Shown here in pieces: positions 38,987 through 48,155 of a DNA stretch of 64,000 nucleotides; position 1 is the stretch's first letter, and every line of letters starts with the position of its first letter. The notes beneath the pieces were generated by a model that was not told where the DNA came from, searched no databases, and worked only from the letters and a program-made list of their open reading frames with translations. This DNA is from Candidatus Aenigmatarchaeota archaeon (lineage in GTDB: Archaea > Aenigmatarchaeota > Aenigmatarchaeia > GW2011-AR5). A program made the translations under genes and the position numbers. Location: contig JACPRW010000008.1 in assembly GCA_016193585.1 (NCBI GenBank), positions 3,432 through 67,431 of the forward strand. Direction: 5' to 3'.

Positions 38987-39383
38987 CGATGTCGACCATG
39001 CCGCTCTTCATGTCGGCAAACGAGATGATGATTTCCTTTTCAGGGAACTCGCGGTGCAGGATGTCCTTCGCCGCCTCGAGGTCGTTGAAATGCGTGTCCA
39101 GCTCGCCCTCCCTGTCCGCGAAGGCCCCGGAGCCGCCGTAGGCGCCGCAGTCGCGGTGGTTCACGAGGACGATTTTGTCGACGCTGTGCAGCGTGACGGA
39201 CAGCCGGATGTTTTCGAGCACCGGCGAATGGACGCCGTCGTCGACGATGCTCTTGACCCCGCCGGGGAACGAGATGATGTCCATGGTCTGTATTTTATAC
39301 AGGCTCTTGACGACGTTCGACACCTTCTCCCAGAACCTGAAGTCGATGCACGTCACGAGCAGGGCGTCTGCATGAGACGACAT
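38970..39383 (-). CDS. beta-class carbonic anhydrase-like protein
   Basis: CIDFR and HRDCGAYG zinc ligands. Confidence 0.85.
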   Translation of the reverse strand: MSSHADALLVTCIDFRFWEKVSNVVKSLYKIQTMDIISFPGGVKSIVDDGVHSPVLENIRLSVTLHSVDKIVLVNHRDCGAYGGSGAFADREGELDTHFNDLEAAKDILHREFPEKEIIISFADMKSGMVDIVKEHQ

Positions 39384-39447
39384 ACAAGGAGAATATGGCG
39401 AAGCCTTTAAAGCATTCCGCTGCCGGCGAAGGTTTAAAAGGGTTGTA

Positions 39448-39676
39448 TGCGCCCGCTGGGATTCGAACCCAGGTCAACAGCTTGCTTAACCGCAGGAACC
39501 TGAGGTTCCATCAGTTGCTGCAAAGAAGCTTCGCTTCTTTGAGCTCTCAAAGAGCTCCGCTCTTTGATGATCAAGTTCTTCCTGATTCCTCCTATGGAAT
39601 CGTATTACCTGCTGTGCGGTGTGGAAGGCTTCCCATCATGTGCATGACTGTGGTCCTACCACTAGACTACAGGCGC
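39448..39676 (-). tRNA. tRNA-Gly(UCC) with two BHB introns (29/30: 39648-39630; 37/38: 39621-39483)
   Basis: Acceptor GCGCCTG/CGGGCGC, T arm CTGGG-TTCGAAT-CCCAG, spliced anticodon arm ACAGC-CTTCCAA-GCTGT; both introns fold into relaxed BHB motifs. Confidence 0.9.
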
Positions 39677-39711
39677 ATGAACGTATGTTAGGTGGTGCAA
39701 CCTTAAAAGAA

Positions 39712-40296
39712 TTACAGCGCGCCTGCCAGCATTGCAATCCCGAACGCGATAAAGACGATGCCGGATACCGTCTTTATCGTCTTCAGGGGGACTTTCTGTG
39801 CGACGTGCTTCCCGATGTAGACCGCAGGGAACGTGAGCAGCGCCACTGCGGCAAGGGAGCCGAGGAACACGCCTGCAGGGTCGTGCATGCTTGCGGCGAG
39901 CACCATCACCGCGAGTTGCGTCTTGTCGCCAAGTTCAGAAAATGCGACCAGCGAGAAGGAGGCAATGAACGGGCCCTTCCCGCGCTTGACTGATACCTCC
40001 TTGCTGTCGTTGCTCATGATAATATACAGCCCCATCACTACAAACGCGCCTGCGGAAACCAGTTTCAGGTGCGCTAGCTGCACGAACTCGGCGACAACAG
40101 ACGCGAAGATAACGGACAGGAAGAAAAGCAGCGCGAAGCCGCAGAGCGCGCCGAGGAATACGGCGGCGTGGTGCTTCCTGAACCGCGCGCCAAGCAGCAT
40201 TGCAGCGAGCTGCGAGCGGTCGCCGAACTCGCTGAGCGCGACGAGCGCGAATGCAGGGACAAGTCCTTCGAGCATATGATTGTCTACGATGCGCAT
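39712..40296 (-). CDS. TMEM165/GDT1 (UPF0016) Ca2+/Mn2+ transporter
   Basis: EFGDRSQ and ELGDKTQ motifs. Confidence 0.92.
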   Translation of the reverse strand: MRIVDNHMLEGLVPAFALVALSEFGDRSQLAAMLLGARFRKHHAAVFLGALCGFALLFFLSVIFASVVAEFVQLAHLKLVSAGAFVVMGLYIIMSNDSKEVSVKRGKGPFIASFSLVAFSELGDKTQLAVMVLAASMHDPAGVFLGSLAAVALLTFPAVYIGKHVAQKVPLKTIKTVSGIVFIAFGIAMLAGAL

Positions 40297-40309
40297 CGCT
40301 TTAAAGAAA

Positions 40310-42433
40310 TCATAGTGTTATTTTCGGGTAATTGGTTCTCACCGTAATGGTGGCTGCTGAGGTGTTGCCTGCCCAGTATGCAACGTTGAGGTCGTGGACA
40401 GTGAGAAAGCCGTAGCCTTCCGTATTGTCCTTGGTTATCTTGACGATCATGGTGCCATTGTGCCCTGCGACGGTTATGTGGCCGAACGGATTGGGCCGCA
40501 GCGTATGGCCGGTTGCCGTCGTCACCGGAGTGACCGGCCTGTTGGGAAGTGCCATGACGCCTTGGGTATTGGTTGTTCCTGAAATCTCAGGGGTGTTGTC
40601 GATAATCTCCGTAAAAGCATCTTTCTGGTAGAACGCAATCTGCGCAGAGGCGATGATGCCTCCCGTAGCATTGAGTACCTGGACACTGGTGGCAAGAGGC
40701 GTGTCATAGAGGTATTCACCGAAGTACCCCCGTCGGTGGTTGTAATGCGCGTTCATGCCGCCTGCCGTATGGCTCTCGAAGTACGTGCCATCGCGGTACG
40801 GCGACGTGTCCCCGCCGCCCATGAGGCCGCCGTACGGGAACACAATTTGATCGAATCCATACGCCGGCAGGTTTGACGCAGGCACGACATTGCCGTTGCC
40901 GTCCTGCACCTGTACGCCCCTGTTGGGAGGATCGGTTGCAAGGTTCATCCTATACAAATCGATGATGCCGAGCTGGTGTGCCATCTCGTGAATGAGCCCC
41001 CAGTCTATCGTCGCAGCAAATATGCTCACGTAATTGAGCCATGCACCGCCCTGTCCGTTGGCGTTCGTGGCGTCGCCGTCGGCAAACTGCCACCTGCCGT
41101 CGATAAGAAACTGGTCAGGGTCGCTGTTCATCGGCGACGAGCCGCCGTCAAGATTCTCTGCAACGACAATCTTGTCGATGCGAAGCCTGTCCCGTACACC
41201 ACCGGGCGCAGTTTGGTATCGCGCCTGTTCAAACCGCTCGTTCAGCTTCGCGACCTGTGCCTGTATCCAGTCCTCGAACGAATATGAACCGGCGAGGTTT
41301 GTCCTGTTGTTGAACAGTTCGTAGATGCCGCGCTCAGCCCAGATGCTGATAGTAAGGTCGTGCGAGCCTATGGTGCGCTCGTTGTTCGTTTCAACAGTTT
41401 CTGGAATGGCGCTGTTCTGGTCAACCCTGAAGGTGATGTTCTGCAGAATCAAAGTCCACGCCATCGAATAGGTTAGTGCTGCATCCTGCCCCGGCGCGAT
41501 GCTGCCGTGCGTCCCGGACGCAACGCTGGCATTGTTGACGAGCCACTGGTACCCGAACGAACCGGGCGTGTTGTTTCCTTTGTTGATGACGTGCGCGGTG
41601 TAGGCGACCGTTTCGCCGGTTGCGGGCCACCGCTTCTGGTTCTCGGTCCCCGCGCGGAGCTGCGGCAGATTGTCCACGTATACGACATCGTACCGGTAAT
41701 AACGGGGCGTCCGCGCTATGTAGGTGACGTCAAGGTCTGAGCCGATAAGCGTCGGGATGGTGGTCGTCGTGGTGGTAGGCGGCAGGGTTGTCGTGGTTGT
41801 CACGGTGGTGGTCGTTGTTCCGGTTGAAACGCACGCTCCGTCAACGCATCCATTGGCGCACGGATACGTCTCAGCAGTTGCCGTATTGTCCGCCCGGCAA
41901 TAATATTCGTACAGCAGACCGCCGGAGCAGAAATCTGTGGCATTGAGGTTGCCGTCAAAAACAGAGCCTTTCGTACCGTAGACCTTGCCGCCATCAGAAT
42001 CAGTGCATGTTCGTTGTGGTACTGTCGTCGTTGTCGCTGGCACCGTGGTAGTTGTTGTCGCATTTGATGGCGTGGTGGTTGACGTAGTGGTGGAGGGCAG
42101 GGTTGTGGTTGTACTGGTCGTCGCGGTTGTAGAGGTTGTGGTGGACAGTGTTGTAGCATTAGTTGTGGCAGTGGTGGTTGTTGGTGAAGTTATAGTAGTT
42201 GCAGGCAGCGTCGTTGCTGTCTGGACTGTGGTGGTTGTGATGGTGTTCGCGGGGATTGATGGTGGTGTACGTGCCGCCGTTGTGCTTGTTGTAGGTCGGC
42301 TTGTTGGCATAATGGTTGTGGTAGTTGTCGGCTCAGGCTGCCGCATGGCAATCAACGTGATTGCGCTGACCGAGACAGTAACGGCTACAGCAACGAGCAC
42401 AGCGATGACGACGACCTGCATGACGCCGCGCAT
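40310..42433 (-). CDS. membrane-anchored Thr-rich surface protein with CARDB and putative zinc metallopeptidase domain
   Basis: N-terminal TM, poly-Thr stalk, CTDSDGG Cys module, CARDB (ETVETNNE), HEMAH. Confidence 0.78.
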   Translation of the reverse strand: MRGVMQVVVIAVLVAVAVTVSVSAITLIAMRQPEPTTTTTIMPTSRPTTSTTAARTPPSIPANTITTTTVQTATTLPATTITSPTTTTATTNATTLSTTTSTTATTSTTTTLPSTTTSTTTPSNATTTTTVPATTTTVPQRTCTDSDGGKVYGTKGSVFDGNLNATDFCSGGLLYEYYCRADNTATAETYPCANGCVDGACVSTGTTTTTVTTTTTLPPTTTTTTIPTLIGSDLDVTYIARTPRYYRYDVVYVDNLPQLRAGTENQKRWPATGETVAYTAHVINKGNNTPGSFGYQWLVNNASVASGTHGSIAPGQDAALTYSMAWTLILQNITFRVDQNSAIPETVETNNERTIGSHDLTISIWAERGIYELFNNRTNLAGSYSFEDWIQAQVAKLNERFEQARYQTAPGGVRDRLRIDKIVVAENLDGGSSPMNSDPDQFLIDGRWQFADGDATNANGQGGAWLNYVSIFAATIDWGLIHEMAHQLGIIDLYRMNLATDPPNRGVQVQDGNGNVVPASNLPAYGFDQIVFPYGGLMGGGDTSPYRDGTYFESHTAGGMNAHYNHRRGYFGEYLYDTPLATSVQVLNATGGIIASAQIAFYQKDAFTEIIDNTPEISGTTNTQGVMALPNRPVTPVTTATGHTLRPNPFGHITVAGHNGTMIVKITKDNTEGYGFLTVHDLNVAYWAGNTSAATITVRTNYPKITL

Positions 42434-42499
42434 GAGAACTATTCGCAGAAGTATTGTTTAAAAGCATGTACGCCCGCCGTATGCACTGAAAAAGTTTGC

Positions 42500-42729
42500 T
42501 ATAGATAATTGCGCAGCTTATGTCGTATTATAGCAATACAAGGAAATAAACACGATACGAGGAGAATCGAAGATTCTCCTGTACAGGTGGATTCATGGAA
42601 TCCACCTTGTATTACTTCCTTGTTTGCTATACATGGTGAACTTTACCATGTATGTGAAGCAAATGTATAATATCGGTATTATTTATTTGCTTCACTATAA
42701 AAGTTCCATTATTATTACAATCTGCTATA
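42500..42729. repeat. mini-element array: reverse (F right half), I, L, reverse G, reverse (C left half)
   Basis: Units match copies at 25044, 45099, 46128, 26737. Confidence 0.9.
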
Positions 42730-42948
42730 AATCCTGAATCCCTTCCCGCAGAAATTGCAGAATGAAGCGCGGGTAATGCCTTCTCCATCTTTTTTGTCGC
42801 AGAAAAGATAGCTGGGTAACGTGTTGTGCAGGATTTTCCCACCTCAGGTATCGCTTGCATCGGGGCTGTCGCGGCCTCCGAGCAAACGGGCCGGGGAATG
42901 CGACGGCAATAGAACAGTGGGCGGATACAACGGGCCAATTGTGAACTG

Positions 42949-43251
42949 TTACTCGAGCTGTCCCCTGCCGCGCAGGCCATTAACAGCCTTCCTCAGCACC
43001 TCAATCCATACATGTGGCTGGGCGTAGACAAGCTTCTCCGCGTACACGGCAGCTGTTTCGCGTCCGCGTCCCATATCGGCAGTGAGCAGAGCATAGGCAT
43101 GGCCATCACGCTCCACGAGCGTCAGCGTCGCGTCATTTCCCGTGCTTCCATAGATATTGAAGCCGTTCGCCACGGTGACGCGCGTGCCGTTGCGCATCAC
43201 CGACGGCAGCTGACGCAACTGGCTAATGTATGGAGCGACATCATCGCCCAA
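42949..43251 (-). CDS. hypothetical protein, possibly frameshifted at its 5' end
   Basis: Frame stays open about 120 nt upstream of the TTG but has no in-frame ATG. Confidence 0.4.
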   Translation of the reverse strand: MGDDVAPYISQLRQLPSVMRNGTRVTVANGFNIYGSTGNDATLTLVERDGHAYALLTADMGRGRETAAVYAEKLVYAQPHVWIEVLRKAVNGLRGRGQLE

Positions 43252-43437
43252 TCGGTAGCCTTTCGCATCAAGCTCGTCAAAGGGAAGCTGCTCATCGCCC
43301 GGAACAGGCGCCCATTCCGGGAAATCTTTCCTGAACTGCCATTTCAGCCATGCAGCATGTCTGCCATTCGTTTATGCCCGGCCATGCAGCACGATTTGCT
43401 GCAGCGCATTTAAAGCTTCATTCCAAAGAGGACAGTT

Positions 43438-45006
43438 ATGGGCTTCTACGACAAGCTCGTTTCGAGCCTTCCCGGCATCGCTGAACCGAAAGGTCACCTG
43501 AGCTTCAAGTCGCGGCTCAAGTGGACCGCGGCCGCGCTGCTGCTGTTCCTTGTCATGGGGCAGATTACGCTCTACGGCGTCGCGCCTGCTGCGCTCGGCA
43601 GGTTCCAGTTCTTCGAAATGATTCTCGGCTCCTCGATAGGCTCACTCGTCACGCTGGGTATCGGCCCCATCGTCACGGCTTCCATTATCCTGCAGCTGCT
43701 CGTGGGCAGCAAAATCATACCGTGGGACCTCAAGACGCCCGAGGGCAAGAAGCGCTTCCAGGGAACGCAGAAGCTCATGGCGATATTCTTCTGCATCTTC
43801 GAGGCGGTCGCCTTCGTCAGCTTCGGCGCGGTACAGCCGGTTAACGCCGAGGCAACCACCTTCGCGCTGCTCGTCCTCCAGCTTGCGTTCGGCGCATTTC
43901 TGTTGCTGCTCCTCGACGAGGTCGTCAGCAAGTGGGGCATCGGCTCCGGCATATCGCTGTTCATCGCCGCGGGCGTCGCAAAGACCATTTTCGTCGGCAT
44001 GTTCAACCCGTGCGTCCCGCTCACCGACGAAGTCACCGGCAGGGTCGTCTGCGGCGCGCCTGACGCAAGCAGGGGCTCGTTCTCGGCAGGGCGCATACCC
44101 CAGTTCGTCGAGTACCTGCAGATAGGCGACACGTATCTCGCGTTCACGTCGCTGCTGCCGGTCATAGCGACGATGGTCGTTTTTGCGATTGTTGTCTACG
44201 CCCAGGCGCTCAAGGTAGAGATACCGCTCGCTTTCGGCGCGCTGCGCGGCTTCTCGCGGCGCTGGCCGCTCAAGCTCATCTACACGAGCAACATCCCGGT
44301 CATCCTCATGGCAGCCCTGCTCGCGAACATACAGCTCGTCGGCAATCTTTCCGCGCGGCCCACGGAAGAGGCAACGCGCTGCGGATTCCTCGGCTGCTTC
44401 GACGAACAGGGAAGCCCGGTGGGCGGTCTAGTGTATTATCTTACCATCCCACAGTCGTTGTCAATCCAAGTGCTGTTCCTTGTCTGGCTGCTCGTTGTTT
44501 TTGCTGCCGGTTTCATGGCGTTCTACCTGCGGTATAAAAGCCCGCCCAAGGTCATCCTCGCCTCGCTGCTCGCCGGTTTCGTCATCGCGCTTGCGGCGAC
44601 GAGCGCGTTCGTCAGCCTGCCGACCAGCACGGAAATACTGCGGGTGCTCGTGTACTTCTTCGTTCTGGTCACGGGCGCGACCATCTTCTCGATTTTCTGG
44701 ATATCGACATCGGGTATGGATGCCAAGAGCGTCGCCGAGCAGATAGAAGGCATGGGCATGCAGGTGCCCGGTTTCAGGCGCGACCCGCGCATCGTCGAGC
44801 AGGTACTTGAACGGTATATACCGACGCTTTCCATAATCTCGGGTGTTTTCATCGGCACGCTCGCGGCAGTCGCTGACTTCACGCAGGCAATCGGCTCAGG
44901 AACGGGCATCCTGCTCTCCGTCATGATAATATACAACTTCTACGAGCAGATTTCCATGCGCTACATGGAAGACATGCACCCGGCGCTCAGGAAATTCTTC
45001 GGGTGA
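43438..45006 (+). CDS. secY: preprotein translocase subunit SecY
   Basis: LGIGPIVTASII, GIGSGISLFIA, YTSNIPVIL, PGFRRD, GSGTGILL. Confidence 0.97.
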   Translation: MGFYDKLVSSLPGIAEPKGHLSFKSRLKWTAAALLLFLVMGQITLYGVAPAALGRFQFFEMILGSSIGSLVTLGIGPIVTASIILQLLVGSKIIPWDLKTPEGKKRFQGTQKLMAIFFCIFEAVAFVSFGAVQPVNAEATTFALLVLQLAFGAFLLLLLDEVVSKWGIGSGISLFIAAGVAKTIFVGMFNPCVPLTDEVTGRVVCGAPDASRGSFSAGRIPQFVEYLQIGDTYLAFTSLLPVIATMVVFAIVVYAQALKVEIPLAFGALRGFSRRWPLKLIYTSNIPVILMAALLANIQLVGNLSARPTEEATRCGFLGCFDEQGSPVGGLVYYLTIPQSLSIQVLFLVWLLVVFAAGFMAFYLRYKSPPKVILASLLAGFVIALAATSAFVSLPTSTEILRVLVYFFVLVTGATIFSIFWISTSGMDAKSVAEQIEGMGMQVPGFRRDPRIVEQVLERYIPTLSIISGVFIGTLAAVADFTQAIGSGTGILLSVMIIYNFYEQISMRYMEDMHPALRKFFG

Positions 45007-45098
45007 AATTCCCAAGAAAAAACTACAGTTGCTATTTTTTCTGTCATCATTTTCTTCACAGGTGCAACTGCATTGATCCAGATTCCTGCCTTTTTGAT

Positions 45099-45355
45099 TA
45101 TATGGTGAATTGCACTGGTTATGTCCTGATATTATTTGCAATTCACCTATAGAAAATTGCGCGTTATAGTGAAGCAAATAAATAATACCGATATTATACA
45201 TTTGCTTCACATACATGGTAAAGCAAAGCTTTACCTGTACAGGTGAAACGTTGTTTCACTCCTCGTATCGTGTTTATTTCCTTGTATTGCTATAACCGCA
45301 ATCTGCTATATGGAAAGAACATTGTAAAATGTTCCAAAATCAATGTTCTTTACTA
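45099..45355. repeat. mini-element array E-(F left half)-G-L/I-(C right half)-D
   Basis: Units match copies at 25044, 42500, 22053. Confidence 0.9.
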
Positions 45356-45862
45356 TTAGATTTTTCTAGAGGGAATTAGTGAATTTTTTTTCCATACAAA
45401 CCGCAGCTCCTCTACCGGTATGAACGGGACGAAGAACCGCTCATAGAGGCGGGGGAATCTGTTGACAAAGGACGACATGATGCTGTTCCCCACGATGAGC
45501 TTCCTCCATACCATCTCATACTTCGTCCCCAGAATGTCATTGGTGGTCTTTGTATCAGTGGCATACCAGCTCCAATACGTTTTATGATTCCAATGGTATG
45601 AACCAGAGAGACGGAAGTACGGAACGATGGCATGGAGTTCCCCGCCATCTTTCAAGACACGGTGTATTTCCCCCAACAATCGTTCGATTCCATGAACATG
45701 TTCAAGGAAATGCGTCGCATAGATTCTGTCTACTGATGCCGTCCTGAACGGGAGACCATGCTCCAGATCAGCCCTCACGTCAAGGTCCTCGTTCACGATA
45801 AAGTCGATGCCAATGCACCCATCCTTTTTCTTGCTCCCGCAACCAATGTCAAGGCTTATCAT
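45356..45862 (-). CDS. class I SAM-dependent methyltransferase
   Basis: LDIGCG, LPFRTASVD, HFLEH, HRVLKDGG. Confidence 0.85.
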   Translation of the reverse strand: MISLDIGCGSKKKDGCIGIDFIVNEDLDVRADLEHGLPFRTASVDRIYATHFLEHVHGIERLLGEIHRVLKDGGELHAIVPYFRLSGSYHWNHKTYWSWYATDTKTTNDILGTKYEMVWRKLIVGNSIMSSFVNRFPRLYERFFVPFIPVEELRFVWKKNSLIPSRKI

Positions 45863-46040
45863 GCTTTGGTATCAACTCCTTCCATATGACGTACAAGGAA
45901 AATACCAAAAGGCTGAAACCTGCTGCAACATCTATGATGCGGGAAAATGGGTGCAATTCGTTCCCCTGAGCAAGCAAGTAGAAGAGAGAAATAAGAACCG
46001 CCGTAATTGCCGCAACATAATCGAACGTATTCCGTTTCAT
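45849..46040 (-). CDS. small two-TM membrane protein
   Basis: MKRNTF start with GGGG RBS; the longer ORF-track start lies inside a repeat. Confidence 0.5.
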   Translation of the reverse strand: MKRNTFDYVAAITAVLISLFYLLAQGNELHPFSRIIDVAAGFSLLVFSLYVIWKELIPKHDKP

Positions 46041-46127
46041 AAAAACCCCTTCATCCACATACTCATGCTCATAAGATATGGCTGCCACGAATCGCTGCCG
46101 TTGGTGGAGAAGATAACTATCAGCATG

Positions 46128-46256
46128 TATAGCAAACAAGGAAGTAATACAAGGTGGATTCCATGAATCCACCTGTACAGGAGAATCTTCGATTCTCCTC
46201 GTATCGTGTTTATTTCCTTGTATTGCTATAATACCTGATTATTTACTTGGTTCACT
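46128..46256. repeat. mini-element array: reverse I plus B right half
   Basis: Reverse complement of 42531-42629, followed by AATACCTGATTATTTACTTGGTTCAC. Confidence 0.88.
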
Positions 46257-46276
46257 CTAAATGAAATCGCCTTGCT

Positions 46277-46550
46277 TGCACAGCACGTTAGGCGGCTATC
46301 TTCCCTACAACTCACCTCTTTTTCATACGCAGTGAAATCCTTATATATGGTGAATTGCACTGGTTATAGTGGACCAACAAAAGAATACCAACATATTACT
46401 TTTGTTGTCCGCTACACGCGGAAAACAAAGTTTTCCGGTGCACCAAAAAGCTTTGCTTTTTGGGTGTAAGTGAACCAAGATATAATACCTGATTGTTTAC
46501 TTGGTTCACTATATCTATATCATGCACAGCACGTTAGGCGGCTATCTTCC
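46277..46550. repeat. 28-bp direct repeats (46277-46304, 46523-46550) enclosing array (E left half)-A-H-B at 46342-46513
   Basis: TGCACAGCACGTTAGGCGGCTATCTTCC occurs twice. Confidence 0.85.
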
Positions 46551-46643
46551 TGCGGCGTGAATAATGGTATGCCGATGTATCGGTACGCACGAGGGTTGCA
46601 TCCCCCGGCTCGTTTGTTCGGAGGCTGCAACTTAATAATCAAC

Positions 46644-46976
46644 CTACACCACGATTCCCTCCCTGAGCGCTTCGCTGACGATAGATACTTTCTTCTTTTC
46701 GCGCTCGAATTCTTCAGGGGTGTAGCATATGAAATCAGCAGGATAGCCCAGCTTCCAGTATTTGCGCAAGCCAAGAGACCGCTTCAAAAAGCTCTTTTGC
46801 GAAAATTTTTTGCTCACCAGTATAAGGTCTACATCGCTATGCTCGCTCATATCGCCGCGAGCTGCAGAACCGAATATGATTATTTTTTCTATTCCTATAT
46901 TTTTTTTTGAAACTTGCTTGAAGTCCCTTACACCTTCGATTATTTTTTTGTTTTCTTCAGACTTTCCTTTGCCCAT
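46644..46976 (-). CDS. minimal nucleotidyltransferase (MNT antitoxin)
   Basis: FGSAARG...SDVDL. Confidence 0.9.
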   Translation of the reverse strand: MGKGKSEENKKIIEGVRDFKQVSKKNIGIEKIIIFGSAARGDMSEHSDVDLILVSKKFSQKSFLKRSLGLRKYWKLGYPADFICYTPEEFEREKKKVSIVSEALREGIVV

Positions 46977-47308
46977 GTAACCACCTCTTTGCCGTAGGAA
47001 AGAGCCTCCTCTGCTTTTGCCTCTGTATACTCCTCGTCAAGCGGGTACCTTGTCACAAGATAATGCGGGTTTAGTTTATCGCACGTGTCGACCACGTCCT
47101 CAGGCGCACCAGCCTTTTCTGCCAAATCCACAAGATTGTGTATTTTCCACAGCCTTTTGAATTTCAGTATGTACAGCGCTTTCAACGCCTTCTCAGCCGC
47201 TTGGTGGGAAAGGAAAGCGGAAACATCGAATAGTTTCTGTTGCAAATTTATTTCAGCAGCCACGAGGTCGTGCTCAGCCTTCTTCATCCACCTTCCCGCT
47301 TCTTCCAT
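46940..47308 (-). CDS. HEPN domain protein
   Basis: HQAAEKALKA, HNL, YLVTRYP. Confidence 0.9.
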   Translation of the reverse strand: MEEAGRWMKKAEHDLVAAEINLQQKLFDVSAFLSHQAAEKALKALYILKFKRLWKIHNLVDLAEKAGAPEDVVDTCDKLNPHYLVTRYPLDEEYTEAKAEEALSYGKEVVTWAKESLKKTKK

Positions 47309-47330
47309 AGAAATAGTTAGCTACCACCTT

Positions 47331-47819
47331 TTATATGCTCTTGGTGAGCGCCTCCTTCAGCTTCCCGTACGTCGTCTCCAATGATTCGGAAACCAGTTTC
47401 GCCTCGGCGACGGTCGCCATGAAGTTGGCGTCGCCGCTCCATCGCGGCACGAGGTGCGTGTGCAGGTGAGGAAATCCTGCTCCCGCCGCCTTGCCAAGGT
47501 TGGTGCCGATGTTGAAGCCGTCGGGCTTCGTCGTGCTCCTGAGCGCTGCGATGGCCCGGCGGAGCGCATCCTGCTGCTCGGCAAATTCTTCATTAGTGAG
47601 GTCGCCGTACTCGGTCACGTGGCGGTACGGAGCGACCATGAGATGGCCGGGGTTGTAGGGATATAAGTTAAGCAGCATGAATGTGTGCGTGCCGCGCCAG
47701 AGAATGAAACATTCTTTGTCGCCGCCATCCGGCCTGCTGCAGAAGATGCACTCGAATGTCTTGCCGCGCGCGATGTCAGCCATGAACTGCGACCGCCACG
47801 GCGCCCACAATCGCTCCAT
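47331..47819 (-). CDS. HIT family nucleotide hydrolase (Ap4A hydrolase-like)
   Basis: LWAPWR, CIFC, NLYPYNPGH, HLHTH. Confidence 0.92.
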   Translation of the reverse strand: MERLWAPWRSQFMADIARGKTFECIFCSRPDGGDKECFILWRGTHTFMLLNLYPYNPGHLMVAPYRHVTEYGDLTNEEFAEQQDALRRAIAALRSTTKPDGFNIGTNLGKAAGAGFPHLHTHLVPRWSGDANFMATVAEAKLVSESLETTYGKLKEALTKSI

Positions 47820-47906
47820 GCCATACTCTTATACCGTACGCTTTAAATGCCTTAGAAGATAGTAGCTTTAAATAGGAGAAATTACTAGGAATATATAGGT
47901 GATGGT

Positions 47907-48155
47907 ATGGGGATAACGAAAGTGACGAGGAACTATCAGGTGACGCTGCCCAAGGACGTACGGGAAGCGGAGGAAATAAGGGTAGGGGACAGATTTATCG
48001 CAGTGCCAAGGGAAGACGGCATATTCCTCAAGAAGCTGGATAAAGATTTCATCAGGAAAACTGCAGGAATTTGGAAGTCAAAGGGCAGCGGGTTGGCGTA
48101 CGTCAGGAAAATAAGGGATGAAGAGGAGAAGAAGCTGAAAAGGCTTGGGCTATGA
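47907..48155 (+). CDS. AbrB-type VapB antitoxin
   Basis: KVTRNYQVTLPKDVRE; ATGA overlap with PIN gene. Confidence 0.85.
   Translation: MGITKVTRNYQVTLPKDVREAEEIRVGDRFIAVPREDGIFLKKLDKDFIRKTAGIWKSKGSGLAYVRKIRDEEEKKLKRLGL

Noticed and set aside
45099-46513. Arrays as integron attC sites or Xer/dif sites
   Set aside because: No RYYYAAC/GTTRRRY cores, no 11-6-11 dif geometry and no tyrosine recombinase here; TA/TNA duplications fit transposition better.
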